A DNA stretch of 64,000 nt from an uncultured Bacteroidota bacterium (lineage in GTDB: Bacteria; Bacteroidota; Bacteroidia; Bacteroidales; GCA-2748055): contig CAWCAK010000002.1 in the NCBI GenBank assembly GCA_963793455.1, positions 128,513-192,512 on the forward strand, in the 5' to 3' direction. Every line of letters starts with the position of its first letter. Position 1 is the stretch's first letter. This document shows positions 47,319 through 57,642 of this stretch, piece by piece. A program made the translations under genes and the position numbers. Below the pieces are notes generated by a model. It made no database searches. It saw only the letters and a program-made list of their open reading frames with translations, and had not been told where the DNA came from.

Positions 47319-48116
47319 TTACCAGCTGCCGCCTGCGCCGCCTCCACCGAAGGAGCCACCTCCTCCGCCACCGAATCCGCCAAAGCCTCCTCCGCCACTG
47401 AAGCCCCCGCTTCCCGAGGAGAAATTCCCCAAGCTGCCCGAATGCCTGCCCCCGGACAGCATACCCAGGGCGAGCCACAAGGGCAGGTTGCTTCTTCCGA
47501 TCCCTGCACTTCGCCTTCTTCCGCCCCCGAAGATCAGGGAGAACATGATGATCATAAAGATCAGTCCTGCAATGGCGGAGCCCCTGCCTGCAGCGTGTTG
47601 TTGCCTGTACTGATCTTGCGTGAATTGTCCTTCCAGCAAAGAGATCATCACATTCGTGGCCGCATCAATACCGGCGTAATATGTACCGTTTTTAAATTCG
47701 GGAATGATCTCATTTCTGACGATCTGTCCGGCCACGGCATCGGTAATATACTCCTCGTTGCCGTACCCCGTAGCGATGAACATATCCCGGTCCTGCATGT
47801 CCACCAGGACCACCATACCGTTGTCCTTTCCTTTCTGTCCCACCCCCCAGGCTTCGCCGATCATAGGGGCCAGCATGGAAGCAGGCATCCCGTTGTTCTC
47901 ATCGATGGTTACCACGAAAATCTGGGTGGAGCTCCTGTATTCGAAGCGGTTCAGCTTCTCATCAAGCTGTCTCTCCTGGTCCGGGCTGAACAGGTTTGCA
48001 TAGTCATTTACCCAGGATCCCGGGCTTGACGGAACAGGCAGCTGGTCCTGTGCCCTCACCGGGAGGGTAAAAAGCAACATGATGCAAATGAGCAATATAG
48101 TTGGCTTTCCTCTCAT
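47319..48116 (-). CDS. TPM domain protein (YgcG-like) with TM segment and glycine-rich C-terminal tail
   Basis: Signal peptide, then the TPM_phosphatase pattern (VNDYANLFSPDQERQLDEKL, QIFVVTID, GMVVLVDMQDRDMFIATGYG) and a TM helix. The tail is GGFSGGGGFGGFGGGGGGSFGGGGAGGSW. Confidence 0.8.
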   Translation of the reverse strand: MRGKPTILLICIMLLFTLPVRAQDQLPVPSSPGSWVNDYANLFSPDQERQLDEKLNRFEYRSSTQIFVVTIDENNGMPASMLAPMIGEAWGVGQKGKDNGMVVLVDMQDRDMFIATGYGNEEYITDAVAGQIVRNEIIPEFKNGTYYAGIDAATNVMISLLEGQFTQDQYRQQHAAGRGSAIAGLIFMIIMFSLIFGGGRRRSAGIGRSNLPLWLALGMLSGGRHSGSLGNFSSGSGGFSGGGGFGGFGGGGGGSFGGGGAGGSW

Positions 48117-48553
48117 GATTCTCCAAATGAAATTTCATCCGACAATTCGTTCACATCATCCTCCTGGTACGGGAATTGCGACTTCAGTTCCTTCCCCGCC
48201 ATCAGGATTCCCTCGCTGAGCCCCCGTGCGAATTCATTTTCCCCGAAAAAATCCAGCATCTTCTCCTTGATGGTATCCCAGAAATTGTCGGGGGTAACGG
48301 AGTTGATCCCGGCATCACCGATAATGGCGAATTTGCGGTCCTTCACAGCCAGGTAGAACAACACCCCGTTACGCTTTTCGGTTTTGTGCATCTCAAGGCG
48401 GGAAAACCACCAGGCAGCCCTGTCCAGCACATCCTCCTTGCAATGGTTGTCAATATGGACCCTGATCTCCCCTGAGGTGTCTTTTTCCGCTTCACGGACC
48501 GCAGCTTTGATCTGTTCTTTTTCCTCCACGGAAAAGAAATTTGCAGCAATCAT
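48113..48553 (-). CDS. TPM domain protein (cytoplasmic-type)
   Basis: 146 aa. Contains FFSVEEKEQIKAAVREAEKDTSGEIRVHI and NGVLFYLAVKDRKFAIIGDAGI. There is a 4-nt overlap with the downstream TPM gene. Confidence 0.8.
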   Translation of the reverse strand: MIAANFFSVEEKEQIKAAVREAEKDTSGEIRVHIDNHCKEDVLDRAAWWFSRLEMHKTEKRNGVLFYLAVKDRKFAIIGDAGINSVTPDNFWDTIKEKMLDFFGENEFARGLSEGILMAGKELKSQFPYQEDDVNELSDEISFGES

Positions 48554-48564
48554 ACCATTCCAGT

Positions 48565-49155
48565 TTAAAATTCAACTACCGGTGCAGTGTCACTTCCCTC
48601 AACGGCTTCAAAGTAACCTTTCTTTTCAAATCCTGAGATTCCGGCAACAATGCTGGCCGGGAACTTCCTGATGGAGGTGTTGTACCCCCTTGTGATCTCG
48701 TTGAATTTGCGGCGTTCCACAGCAATCCGGTTCTCAGTACCCTCAAGCTGGTCCTGGAGTGCCAGGAAATTCTGGTTTGCCTTCAGGTCGGGATAACGTT
48801 CAATGGTTACCAGCAGTCTTGACAGTGCAGAAGAGAGCCCGTCCTGTGCCTGCTGGAAAGCAGCCAGCGACTGGGGAGTCAGGTTGGTCGGATCGATGGT
48901 TACACTGGTAGCCTTTGCCCGTGCCTCGATCACCTGGGTCAGGGTCTCCTGCTCGAAATCGGCATACCCTTTCACTGTATTCACCAGGTTGGGGATCAGG
49001 TCGGCCCTGCGCTGGTATACATTTTCAACATTGGCCCACTGCCCTGTCACACCCTCTTCGAGGGTTACAAATGCATTGTACCTCTTCACGCCCCAGATGA
49101 CAGCCAGGAGCACGATAACTCCGATGATGAGCCAAACCCTGTATTTCTTGTTCAT
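48565..49155 (-). CDS. lemA: LemA family protein
   Basis: N-terminal TM helix, then the LemA pattern (YNAFVTLEEGV, WANVENVYQRRADLIPNLV, RYPDLKANQNF, LEGTENRIAVERRKFN). I placed the start at ATG 49153-49155. Confidence 0.85.
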   Translation of the reverse strand: MNKKYRVWLIIGVIVLLAVIWGVKRYNAFVTLEEGVTGQWANVENVYQRRADLIPNLVNTVKGYADFEQETLTQVIEARAKATSVTIDPTNLTPQSLAAFQQAQDGLSSALSRLLVTIERYPDLKANQNFLALQDQLEGTENRIAVERRKFNEITRGYNTSIRKFPASIVAGISGFEKKGYFEAVEGSDTAPVVEF

Positions 49156-49281
49156 GTCACATTTTTTTTTAGTTCCTAACATTCAAAATTAGCAAAAGTC
49201 ACACCCCTTTCAGTATGAACGGTAAAATATCGGTGGAAATTCGATAAAAGAGACAACCCATATTTGTACTTTTGAAACATC

Positions 49282-51291
49282 ATGGATCCAAAAGCATTCA
49301 AAGAAGCCGTCCTGGAAGGCATCCCCGCCTTCCTTCCCCCCGTGAAACCATATGATCCCTCCCTGAATCATGCGCCCAGGCGAAAGGAGATCCTCTCCCC
49401 GGAGGAGAAAAAACTGGCCGTTCGCAATGCTCTCAGGTATATTCCCGTGGTGCACCACGCCCTCCTGGCACAGGAGTTTGCCGCAGAACTGGAGCAGTAT
49501 GGGAGGATCTACATGTACCGATACAAGCCTGATTATGAGATCACTGCCAGGAGTCTGGATGCATTCCCCCATCAATCAGCCCAGGCCGGGGCCATGATGC
49601 TGATGCTTTCCAACAACCTGGACCATGCGGTGGCACAACACCCTGATGAACTGATCACCTACGGGGGCAACGGCGCGGTCTTCCAGAACTGGGCCCAGTA
49701 CCGGCTCACTATGAAATACCTGGCCCAAATGAGTGATGAGCAGACCCTGGTCCTCTATTCGGGCCACCCGCTGGGGCTGTTCCCGTCGCACCGGGAGGCT
49801 CCCAGGGTGGTGGTGACCAACGGGATGGTGATTCCCAACTACTCCAGCCAGGATGATTATGAACGCATGAATGCGCTGGGTGTGACCCAGTATGGCCAGA
49901 TGACTGCAGGGTCGTTCATGTATATCGGTCCACAGGGCATTGTTCATGGAACCACCATCACGGTTTTGAATGCTGCCCGTCTGAAACTGAAGGGTGACGG
50001 GAGCCTGGCGGGAAGGATTTTTGTTACCTCGGGCCTGGGGGGCATGTCAGGTGCACAGCCAAAAGCCACTGTGATCGCAGGAGGGATCTGCGTGGTGGCA
50101 GAGGTCAATCCCAAGGCTGCACAAACACGGCATTCCCAGGGATGGGTGGATGAGGTGTACGGGGACCTGGACCGGCTGGCTGAACGCCTGGAACAGGCCC
50201 GCCAGGCAAGGGAGGCGGTTTCACTGGCCTACCAGGGGAACGTGGTGGATCTCTGGGAATACCTGCTGGACCAGGGGATCCCGGTGGACCTGGGTTCGGA
50301 CCAGACCTCCCTCCACAATCCTTTTAGCGGGGGCTATTACCCTGCAGGGATGGGATTTGAAGAGGCAAACCGCATGATCCGGGAGGAGCCGGAGAAGTTC
50401 AGGGAGGCGGTGTATGCTTCCCTGAAAAGGCATGTGAAGGCGGTAAACGGGATGTGTGAAAGGGGGATGTATTTTTGGGATTACGGCAATGCATTCCTGC
50501 TGGAGTCGGGAAGGGCAGGAGCAGATATATTTAGCAGTGACGGAACCTACCGTTACCAGTCCTATGTGCAGGCCATCATGGGGCCCCTCTTTTTCGACTA
50601 TGGTTTCGGACCCTTCAGGTGGGTCTGTACCTCCTCCGACCCGGGGGACCTGGCCGTTACAGACCGGATCGCTATGGAGGAGCTGGTAAAGATTTCAGCC
50701 CATGTACCTGCGGATATCAAAGGGCAGCTGGAAGACAATATCCACTGGATCAGGGAGGCCGAAAGCCACCACCTGGTGGTGGGTTCCCAGGCCAGGATCC
50801 TCTATGCCGACAGCCAGGGCCGGATCGCCATTGCCAGGGCTTTCAATGCGGCCATCCGGGAAGGGAGGATCTCAGCCCCGGTGGTGCTTGGGCGTGACCA
50901 CCATGATGTATCGGGAACAGACTCCCCTTACAGGGAGACCTCCAATATCTATGACGGATCCGGTTTCACGGCCGACATGGCGGTACAGAACGTGATCGGG
51001 GATGCTTTCCGCGGTGCCACGTGGGTATCGCTGCACAACGGTGGCGGCGTAGGCTGGGGAGAGGTGGTCAACGGGGGATTCGGTATGCTCCTGGATGGGA
51101 GCGAAGAGGCGGACAGGCGCCTGGAGATGATGCTGCACTGGGATGTGAACAACGGGATTGCCCGCAGGAGCTGGGCGCGGAACCGGGGAGCCATCGATGC
51201 CATCAGCCGGGAGATGGAGCGTACGGCCGGACTGCAGGTAACATTGCCCAGCCTGGTGGATGACGGGTTGATTAAAAAGTTGCGGTTTTAA
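49282..51291 (+). CDS. hutU: Urocanate hydratase
   Basis: 669 aa, the long Bacteroidota-type urocanase. Contains TYGGNGAVFQNW, GMSGAQPKA, GSDQTSLHNPF and HNGGGVGWGE. Confidence 0.85.
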   Translation: MDPKAFKEAVLEGIPAFLPPVKPYDPSLNHAPRRKEILSPEEKKLAVRNALRYIPVVHHALLAQEFAAELEQYGRIYMYRYKPDYEITARSLDAFPHQSAQAGAMMLMLSNNLDHAVAQHPDELITYGGNGAVFQNWAQYRLTMKYLAQMSDEQTLVLYSGHPLGLFPSHREAPRVVVTNGMVIPNYSSQDDYERMNALGVTQYGQMTAGSFMYIGPQGIVHGTTITVLNAARLKLKGDGSLAGRIFVTSGLGGMSGAQPKATVIAGGICVVAEVNPKAAQTRHSQGWVDEVYGDLDRLAERLEQARQAREAVSLAYQGNVVDLWEYLLDQGIPVDLGSDQTSLHNPFSGGYYPAGMGFEEANRMIREEPEKFREAVYASLKRHVKAVNGMCERGMYFWDYGNAFLLESGRAGADIFSSDGTYRYQSYVQAIMGPLFFDYGFGPFRWVCTSSDPGDLAVTDRIAMEELVKISAHVPADIKGQLEDNIHWIREAESHHLVVGSQARILYADSQGRIAIARAFNAAIREGRISAPVVLGRDHHDVSGTDSPYRETSNIYDGSGFTADMAVQNVIGDAFRGATWVSLHNGGGVGWGEVVNGGFGMLLDGSEEADRRLEMMLHWDVNNGIARRSWARNRGAIDAISREMERTAGLQVTLPSLVDDGLIKKLRF

Positions 51292-51300
51292 GGGGATGAC

Positions 51301-51666
51301 TCAGTATTCACCGTCGTTCAGCAATACAAGCATGCAGGCATTCACAGGTTCGATGCCTTCCCTCTGGAGCCGGCCCATGAATTCGGGATTGACGGTGCCT
51401 GGATTGAAGATCACCCTCTTGGGTTTCAGGGAGATGATATAATCGTAGTAATCCGCCTGCCGGGAAGAACCGATGTAGATGGATACGGTATGCACATCTT
51501 TGATATCAGGCCTTCCCACCAGAATCTCCTGTTCGGCGATAAGCCCGTCCTTGAATCCGACGGCTACAACCTCCTGCTCATGCCGCAAAAGGCTCTTCAC
51601 CGCTTTGTGTGAGAACCTGACCGGATTGGGGCTTGCGCCCAGGACCACTGTTTTACCGTTCTTCAA
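51301..51666 (-). CDS. CoA-binding domain protein (YccU-like)
   Basis: 121 aa. Contains KTVVLGASPNPVRFSHKAVKSLL, VSIYIGS and RVIFNPG. Confidence 0.75.
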   Translation of the reverse strand: MKNGKTVVLGASPNPVRFSHKAVKSLLRHEQEVVAVGFKDGLIAEQEILVGRPDIKDVHTVSIYIGSSRQADYYDYIISLKPKRVIFNPGTVNPEFMGRLQREGIEPVNACMLVLLNDGEY

Positions 51667-51779
51667 CAGACTTCTGTTATTTAATTAACAACAAATATAT
51701 GTATAAAAAACCACCGGGCAATAGGATCGGTTCCCGGGAGGGAGCTATCTAAAAATGGTCTAAATGAGATGACCGGTAC

Positions 51780-52262
51780 CTAGGGTGCATGCCTCACCAA
51801 TGCCACAGCATAGGCTGCGACACCTTCCTTCCTTCCGGTGAACCCAAGCTTCTCTTCCGTGGTGGCCTTTACCGATACCATTCCTTCATCCACTGCCAGG
51901 TGCCTTGCGATCTCTTTACGCATTCCGGGGATATAGGATTTCACTTTGGGTTCCTGGAGGCAGATGGTGGTATCGATGTTCCCCAGTTCAAATCCATGTT
52001 CCCTGAGCAGGGCCATGGTCCTTTCAAGCAGCAGGGTACTGGCAATGCCTTTGTAGGCAGGATCAGTATCGGGGAAATGGGTGCCGATGTCACCCAGGGT
52101 TGCAGCACCCAGCAGTGCATCACAGATGGCGTGGATGAGTACATCGGCATCGGAGTGCCCCAGGGCGCCCTTTACATGAGGAATATCAACACCCCCGAGC
52201 CGGAAGGGGATTCCCGATTCAAGACGGTGCACATCGTATCCGAATCCGATCCGGAAATCCAT
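51780..52262 (-). CDS. ispF: 2-C-methyl-D-erythritol 2,4-cyclodiphosphate synthase
   Basis: 160 aa. Contains FRIGFGYDVHRL, LGGV.IPH..G..GHSDADVLIHAICDALLGA and GDIG.HFPD. Confidence 0.9.
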   Translation of the reverse strand: MDFRIGFGYDVHRLESGIPFRLGGVDIPHVKGALGHSDADVLIHAICDALLGAATLGDIGTHFPDTDPAYKGIASTLLLERTMALLREHGFELGNIDTTICLQEPKVKSYIPGMRKEIARHLAVDEGMVSVKATTEEKLGFTGRKEGVAAYAVALVRHAP

Positions 52263-52278
52263 GGAGAAAGGAGATTAT

Positions 52279-53523
52279 TTAGTCGGCAAATTCAAATCCC
52301 AGGGTGAACCTCAGGGTGTTGGCCAGGGGACTGTTTTTCCCGTTGGTGGGTACCAGGTAGGCGAAGTCCAGCGAAAAGACATTCAGCCGTAATCCTACAC
52401 CCAGGGTGAAATACTTCCGGTTGCCTTTGGTGGAATGCTCGTGGAAGTACCCGGCCCGGATGGAGAATTGCTTCCTGTACCAGTACTCAAGTCCGATGCT
52501 GTAAGCAATTTCATGAATCTCCTCTGAGAAAACGCTGTAGGTGCCGTCGTCCTTGAGCACCCCGGGTGCATCATAGAAAGACTGGACCATACCGGCAGGC
52601 ACCGAACCGGGGGTGTCTTTTCCCCTGATGACCACCTCCTCGCCTGTGTCCTGGAAAATGGAATCATCATAAACCGGTGGTGTAGGAACCAGCAGTTTCT
52701 TCACATCCAGGTGGGCGGCAATGCTGTTGTAGTCATCGATGTTGTAGCTGAACCGTCCGCCAATGGTCAGGTTGGTTGGAACGGGAGTACTCTCGGATTC
52801 ATTGGTATAGGACACGGCCGAGCCCATGTTGGTGATGGCAGCACCAAAGGCCCACTGGCCATCACTTCCACCCACACTGATATCTTTCTGGTAATAGAAT
52901 CCCAGGTCGGCCCCGATGGACCATCCTGGTTTGGTCTCCTGTCCGTCGGCTGTGGTTTGGCCCTGGGTCAGGTCGGAACGGATATAGCGGAAGGCGATCC
53001 CTCCCGAAAAGTTGTCTGTAAAAAGCCTGGAGTATCCTGCATCCACTGCAAATTCATTGGGATTGTACTGGCCGGTAACGTCCCCTACCATGTTGGTGAA
53101 GACGATGTTCCCCAGTGAGAAATAGCGTAATGAGCCACTGACCACTTGTTTGTCATTGATTTTGTAGTATCCGGCCAGGTAGGCCAGGTTGATGTCCTTG
53201 ATCAGGTTCCTCAGCCAGGGGGTATAGGAGATGGCGACCCCTCCCTTGTTTTCCACGAAAGGGTATTTCCCGATGTTCCAGTGCTGTGAATTTACATCCG
53301 GGGTGGTGGCTACTCCCACATCGCCCATGGCCCCGGACCTGGAGTCGGGGGCAATGGTCATGAAAGGTACAGCGGTCTGTATGGTATTCAGTTGTCCCCC
53401 GGCCAGTTCACCCGAATTTATCTGCCCGGACAGGTTCAAAGTATTTATTATCAACGATCCGGCAATCATAAACATCAGCCCGGACCTCATTCCTTTTGAC
53501 ATTGTTTCAGTTTTGGTATTCAA
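52279..53523 (-). CDS. porV: T9SS outer-membrane protein PorV (LptO)
   Basis: 414 aa. Contains IQTAVPFMTIAPDSRSGAMGDVGVATTPDVNSQHWN, YTPWLRNL and a beta-barrel-like alternating pattern with a C-terminal F-A-D ending. It lies directly downstream of porU. Confidence 0.8.
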   Translation of the reverse strand: MNTKTETMSKGMRSGLMFMIAGSLIINTLNLSGQINSGELAGGQLNTIQTAVPFMTIAPDSRSGAMGDVGVATTPDVNSQHWNIGKYPFVENKGGVAISYTPWLRNLIKDINLAYLAGYYKINDKQVVSGSLRYFSLGNIVFTNMVGDVTGQYNPNEFAVDAGYSRLFTDNFSGGIAFRYIRSDLTQGQTTADGQETKPGWSIGADLGFYYQKDISVGGSDGQWAFGAAITNMGSAVSYTNESESTPVPTNLTIGGRFSYNIDDYNSIAAHLDVKKLLVPTPPVYDDSIFQDTGEEVVIRGKDTPGSVPAGMVQSFYDAPGVLKDDGTYSVFSEEIHEIAYSIGLEYWYRKQFSIRAGYFHEHSTKGNRKYFTLGVGLRLNVFSLDFAYLVPTNGKNSPLANTLRFTLGFEFAD

Positions 53524-53688
53524 ATATACATGATTTCACTAAAATGCCATTATTATCAGCACATTTTAAGTACGAAAGAAAGCCTGTTTTAGTATGTCCT
53601 GTAAAAGGTTTATTCATCCGTTTAAAATTTTCAATTTCCTTTCAGTCTATTTGAAAATTTGAGAACGTATGTAAGCGCTCCGCTCTCA

Positions 53689-53743
53689 CATGAACTCATT
53701 TTAATCATTCTTGTTTGTGAATGTCTGATTAAAAGAGTTCATG
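53689..53743. other. Long imperfect hairpin in the porU-porV intergenic region
   Basis: CATGAACTC-A-TTTTAATCA pairs with TGATTAAAAGAGTTCATG, giving 18 bp with one bulged A around an 18-nt loop. It begins 12 nt downstream of the porU stop. There is no clear U-tract on the minus strand. Confidence 0.6.
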
Positions 53744-53754
53744 TTCGTTTCATA

Positions 53755-56700
53755 TTATCTTACAAGTACCAGTTTTCCGCTTTCAGTTGCTGTCTCCCCT
53801 TCCTGTGTGGAAAGGGTGGCCCTGTAGAGGTAGATACCGGCTCCCAGTTTTGCCCCGCCTCCTGAAGTTCCGTCCCATGCGGGAGGATCAAGCCTGTAGC
53901 CTGACGAATAGACCTGTCTGTCAATGACCTTGACCATGTCACCTGCCATGTTGTAGATGGTAATGACAAGCCTCATCTCCTGGTCAGGCCGGTTATGCTC
54001 AATGTTGAAGCGGGTTTGCTCGCTGAAGGGGTTGGGGTAGTTGAACAGCTGCTCCAGGAGCATCTCCTCAGAATTCACCACCAGGAACTCCAGGGTCTCT
54101 TCGGTTGAATTGTTGTGGATATCCCAGATCTTGACTGTAATTTCGTGCCGTCCCTCCTCCAGACTGCTATAGGGGTAACGGATGATCCCCGAGTTGTAAC
54201 TGTCGGTATTGGCCTGGAAGAATTCGTTGAGAATGGATGCATCGACCCGGTTTCCGTCCAGGATGGAGGTGAGGTCGTGTCCGATCCCGTTCCCCGTGGT
54301 ATTGATACCGAAATTGTCACGTGCAAGGACCAGCAAATCCGGATCGGGATCTGTGATGCCTCCGGGAACGAAGAATGTATCGTTCATAAAGAGCTCAATT
54401 TCAGGCGGATTGAGATCCAGTGCATTCTCCGGTCCTATGCCGCCCACATTGAATTGTTCACAGGATCCATGTGCATCTGTCAGGGAGTCATTGCTGTAGT
54501 AGCTGATCTTGCCTGTTCCGTAAGCATAATTAATGTCCTTGGGTACAAAAAAGCCGAAGGAGAACTTACCATCACTGACTGTGGCTTTCCCGCTGTAAAG
54601 GATGTTGTTCCTCGCTTTGAAAGTCCATTTCGGAGAGTCATCATTGGCAAGTGTCTCCACATTCTTCTCCTTGTCGAACACCATGGGATAGACGGTCCCG
54701 TTGAAGTCCCCGAGGAACGAACCGCCCTGGGTCTCCATGTGCCCTGACACGGTGACCCACTCAAAAGCTGACAGTGTATCCTGGGTTAGCGGGATCTCCA
54801 CACCGTTGATGGAATCGGTCACCACCCTGTGTTCGGGGTATGCCAGGCGCATGGAGGGATCCCCCAGCAGGGTGAAATTGCGTTTGTTGATTCCCGCCCC
54901 GGTGTTGTTCTTGCTGTAAATGATAATGTCCCCGAGCCTGTAGTTCTGCTGGTTCTCATCTTTCTCGAACGCCACCTCGTAAAACCTTTCATTGAGTACA
55001 TGGTTGGGTTGGGAATAGACCAGCCTGGTGGTGGTGAAGAGCCCGATCCCTCCCCCTTTGTTGTTCAGGAGGACATCTTCCCCGGCCGAGGTGACCTCCT
55101 GGTCCTGGCTGTAGTCATACTCATCATACCTGCTGAATTCACAGGTGGCCGTCACAAACAGGGCCAGCATGTCCCTGTTGCTCCAGGAATTGATGTCATG
55201 TTGGGTCAGCACCTGTTCGTGGGCCAGGCCCGAAGGACCTCCGTGACCTGTGTAGTTGATGATCAGCCCCCCCCGGTTCACCTGGTTGTTGATGGCTGTG
55301 GTCACATCGGGGTAGATATCACCCGTGGCACCCTTTTCCTGGGGGTAGGCGTCCAGGTAGATCTTATTAATGTTGTATGCAGGGTAATGGGATGTTACGT
55401 AGCCCGCCAGTTCATCTGCCTGTTTCATATGGGTGTTGGCATCTTCATCGTCACCAATGAAACAGAGCTGGTTGCGCCAGTTTCCCTGGGTGGAAAGATC
55501 GCTGTAACGGATGATCTTATCCACCAGTTCTTCGGCCTCCTTCAGGGTGGAGGCAGGAAGCCGCCCAATCCCTATATCCAGCAGTCCGTCGTAGAGGGAC
55601 TCATCGGTATCCAGCAGTCCGAAGAAATCATCGGAAACGTAAGACCGGGTGGGGACCAGGGAGTTATCCGACTGGTAGGTGAGGATCAGGTTGGGATTGT
55701 TCTGTTTCGCGGGGTCATCCCGGTTACAGTAGGTTCCGTCCCCGAAAAGGAGCAGGTAGCGGCAGGCATTCTCTGAACCACCGGGCCTGTCGTAGAGCAT
55801 CTTCATGAAGTTACGGATGGCTGTCACATCGGGCGTTCCCGAGGAAAACTCATTGAACACCTGCTGCTGCAGCACAACCTCCACATTGAGGCCGTCTGTG
55901 GTTCTCCTGTGTTCGGCCAGTCTTTCGGCCTCCGGAAGAAAAATTGCTGGGGAGATAATGACCATATCCGGATGTTGAATTCCATGCAGGTTCTGGTTCT
56001 CCACGGCCCCAAGCCCGGGTCCCGAGTACCCGGGAACCGGGAATGTGCCTCCCGGCAGGAATGCGATGAATTCCCTGATCTCATCTGTCTCGACCGTGAA
56101 TGCAGCCTGCGACCCGGCCAGGGTATAGGGGATGTTTTCCGGAAGGGAGGGATCGGTAATATCCCAGATCACCGGTTCACCGGTTACCTCCAACTGGAAC
56201 CTGGCCACATTGCCGGGTCCTGCACTCCTGCTGTCCCGGAACCCGAGTTCATCCCTGCCGTCCATGTCCAGCCTGCACCGGCCGTTGATGGTAATATTGT
56301 TGAGCCAGCCTTCTGAATTGCTGTCAGGACGGTCATATTCCACCGTCACGGTCACCTGGTCCGTTCCGGGTATCATGCTGAAAATCTTCTTGCCTTCAAA
56401 TGCATAAATGGAGGTATAGTGAGCCAGGTCGGTTCCGCTCAGTTCGATGCTTCCCAGGGACTGGTTGTTGGCACTGACCTGGAATTGGGAGGAGACTCCG
56501 GACCTTGCAGCCAGGACAGTCCTGATCTCCACGGATTCATTTTCCACAAGTTCCTGGAGCAGGAAGGGGTAGTGGTATTCCAGGTTCACGCTGAAAATGT
56601 CTCCATACCACTCTTTTCCCGATTTGAGCAGGTTGTAGCTCTCCTCCTCAAGGAAGTCCCTGTAATCATACGCGGATACCGTATGGCCGGGGGTTCCGCT

Positions 56701-57552
56701 GCTCAGGCTGGCATTGCCAGGGATCACTACCGGCCCCTGGCTGTCGGTGAGGAAGTAATAGCCCACCCATGAGTGGTCGTGCAGGTTATGTATGAAGAAA
56801 TCATCTTCGGAATCGTAGGTCCAGCCCACAGGGCCCTCCGCATAGAACAGGATGTGGTCGCCGGGACCGAAGAGTCCGTCACTGCCCTTATCCATGTACA
56901 CAGGTACGGATGGCAGGTCATCCACATACCCGTCAGAAAATTTTTCAGGCAGAAGCCTGGCCCCTGTACCAAAGACCCTGACTGTAGCAGGATTCTGAAG
57001 TCCGGTCTCCTTCAACTGCTCGTAGGTCATCTTATGCATGCCGCTCTGTGTCACCGATACCCTGAACCAGTCTCCCGAGGCCAGGACCGAATGTTCCGAC
57101 CAGGATCCGGTACGCTGACTTTTAAGTGGTGCCAGTGCCATCTCCTTTTCAATGCGGATCTCAAAGGATTCCACCTTCTCAGTGATCCCGTTTTGATTGA
57201 TAAAAAAGGGAAGAAGCTTCATGACCACAAAGGGTTTACCCGCCTCCCTGACCAGTGAATACTCAAGGATGGGCTGCTTCCCCAGTTGGTCTGAAGGGAC
57301 GGTTCCGCCTGGTGTTTCCCCGCGGAATTCTGAGCTTTCCCGGACCTCCACGGTGACCACCGGGAGCATCCCGGGGTGTTCCCACGCTATTTTCCGCGTA
57401 TAATAAGGTAACGTATTGGCGCCGTCCCCGTATAAAGCATGTGGAAAAGTGGATTGGCTGTTATGCGTATCCCATTCGATAACAACAGGTTCAATCTGCC
57501 CGGAGAGGATAACCGGGAGAAGGAGCATGACTATGATGGACAACTTCTTCAT
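53755..57552 (-). CDS. porU: T9SS C-terminal signal peptidase/sortase PorU
   Basis: About 1265 aa with a signal peptide (MKKLSIIVMLLLPVILSGQ) and a gingipain-like C25 peptidase region (GLIINYTGHGGPSGLAHE, ALFVTATCEFSRYD). Its own T9SS CTD is at the end (FNYPNPFSEQTRFNIEH...GIYLYRATL). I placed the start at ATG 57552 rather than the track TTG at 57576. Confidence 0.85.
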   Translation of the reverse strand: MKKLSIIVMLLLPVILSGQIEPVVIEWDTHNSQSTFPHALYGDGANTLPYYTRKIAWEHPGMLPVVTVEVRESSEFRGETPGGTVPSDQLGKQPILEYSLVREAGKPFVVMKLLPFFINQNGITEKVESFEIRIEKEMALAPLKSQRTGSWSEHSVLASGDWFRVSVTQSGMHKMTYEQLKETGLQNPATVRVFGTGARLLPEKFSDGYVDDLPSVPVYMDKGSDGLFGPGDHILFYAEGPVGWTYDSEDDFFIHNLHDHSWVGYYFLTDSQGPVVIPGNASLSSGTPGHTVSAYDYRDFLEEESYNLLKSGKEWYGDIFSVNLEYHYPFLLQELVENESVEIRTVLAARSGVSSQFQVSANNQSLGSIELSGTDLAHYTSIYAFEGKKIFSMIPGTDQVTVTVEYDRPDSNSEGWLNNITINGRCRLDMDGRDELGFRDSRSAGPGNVARFQLEVTGEPVIWDITDPSLPENIPYTLAGSQAAFTVETDEIREFIAFLPGGTFPVPGYSGPGLGAVENQNLHGIQHPDMVIISPAIFLPEAERLAEHRRTTDGLNVEVVLQQQVFNEFSSGTPDVTAIRNFMKMLYDRPGGSENACRYLLLFGDGTYCNRDDPAKQNNPNLILTYQSDNSLVPTRSYVSDDFFGLLDTDESLYDGLLDIGIGRLPASTLKEAEELVDKIIRYSDLSTQGNWRNQLCFIGDDEDANTHMKQADELAGYVTSHYPAYNINKIYLDAYPQEKGATGDIYPDVTTAINNQVNRGGLIINYTGHGGPSGLAHEQVLTQHDINSWSNRDMLALFVTATCEFSRYDEYDYSQDQEVTSAGEDVLLNNKGGGIGLFTTTRLVYSQPNHVLNERFYEVAFEKDENQQNYRLGDIIIYSKNNTGAGINKRNFTLLGDPSMRLAYPEHRVVTDSINGVEIPLTQDTLSAFEWVTVSGHMETQGGSFLGDFNGTVYPMVFDKEKNVETLANDDSPKWTFKARNNILYSGKATVSDGKFSFGFFVPKDINYAYGTGKISYYSNDSLTDAHGSCEQFNVGGIGPENALDLNPPEIELFMNDTFFVPGGITDPDPDLLVLARDNFGINTTGNGIGHDLTSILDGNRVDASILNEFFQANTDSYNSGIIRYPYSSLEEGRHEITVKIWDIHNNSTEETLEFLVVNSEEMLLEQLFNYPNPFSEQTRFNIEHNRPDQEMRLVITIYNMAGDMVKVIDRQVYSSGYRLDPPAWDGTSGGGAKLGAGIYLYRATLSTQEGETATESGKLVLVR

Positions 57553-57642
57553 GTGAAAACGGACAACCGGCAACAAATATATATATGAAACCGTTTGATT
57601 TGTCGTTAATGTATAACGGAACTTACATGGCTTTGTTGTCGC

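Noticed and set aside
51705-51738. Possible terminator after ispF (CCGGG...CCCGG followed by T6 on the minus strand)
   Set aside because: It has only a 5-bp stem with a 14-nt loop, which is too weak to call.
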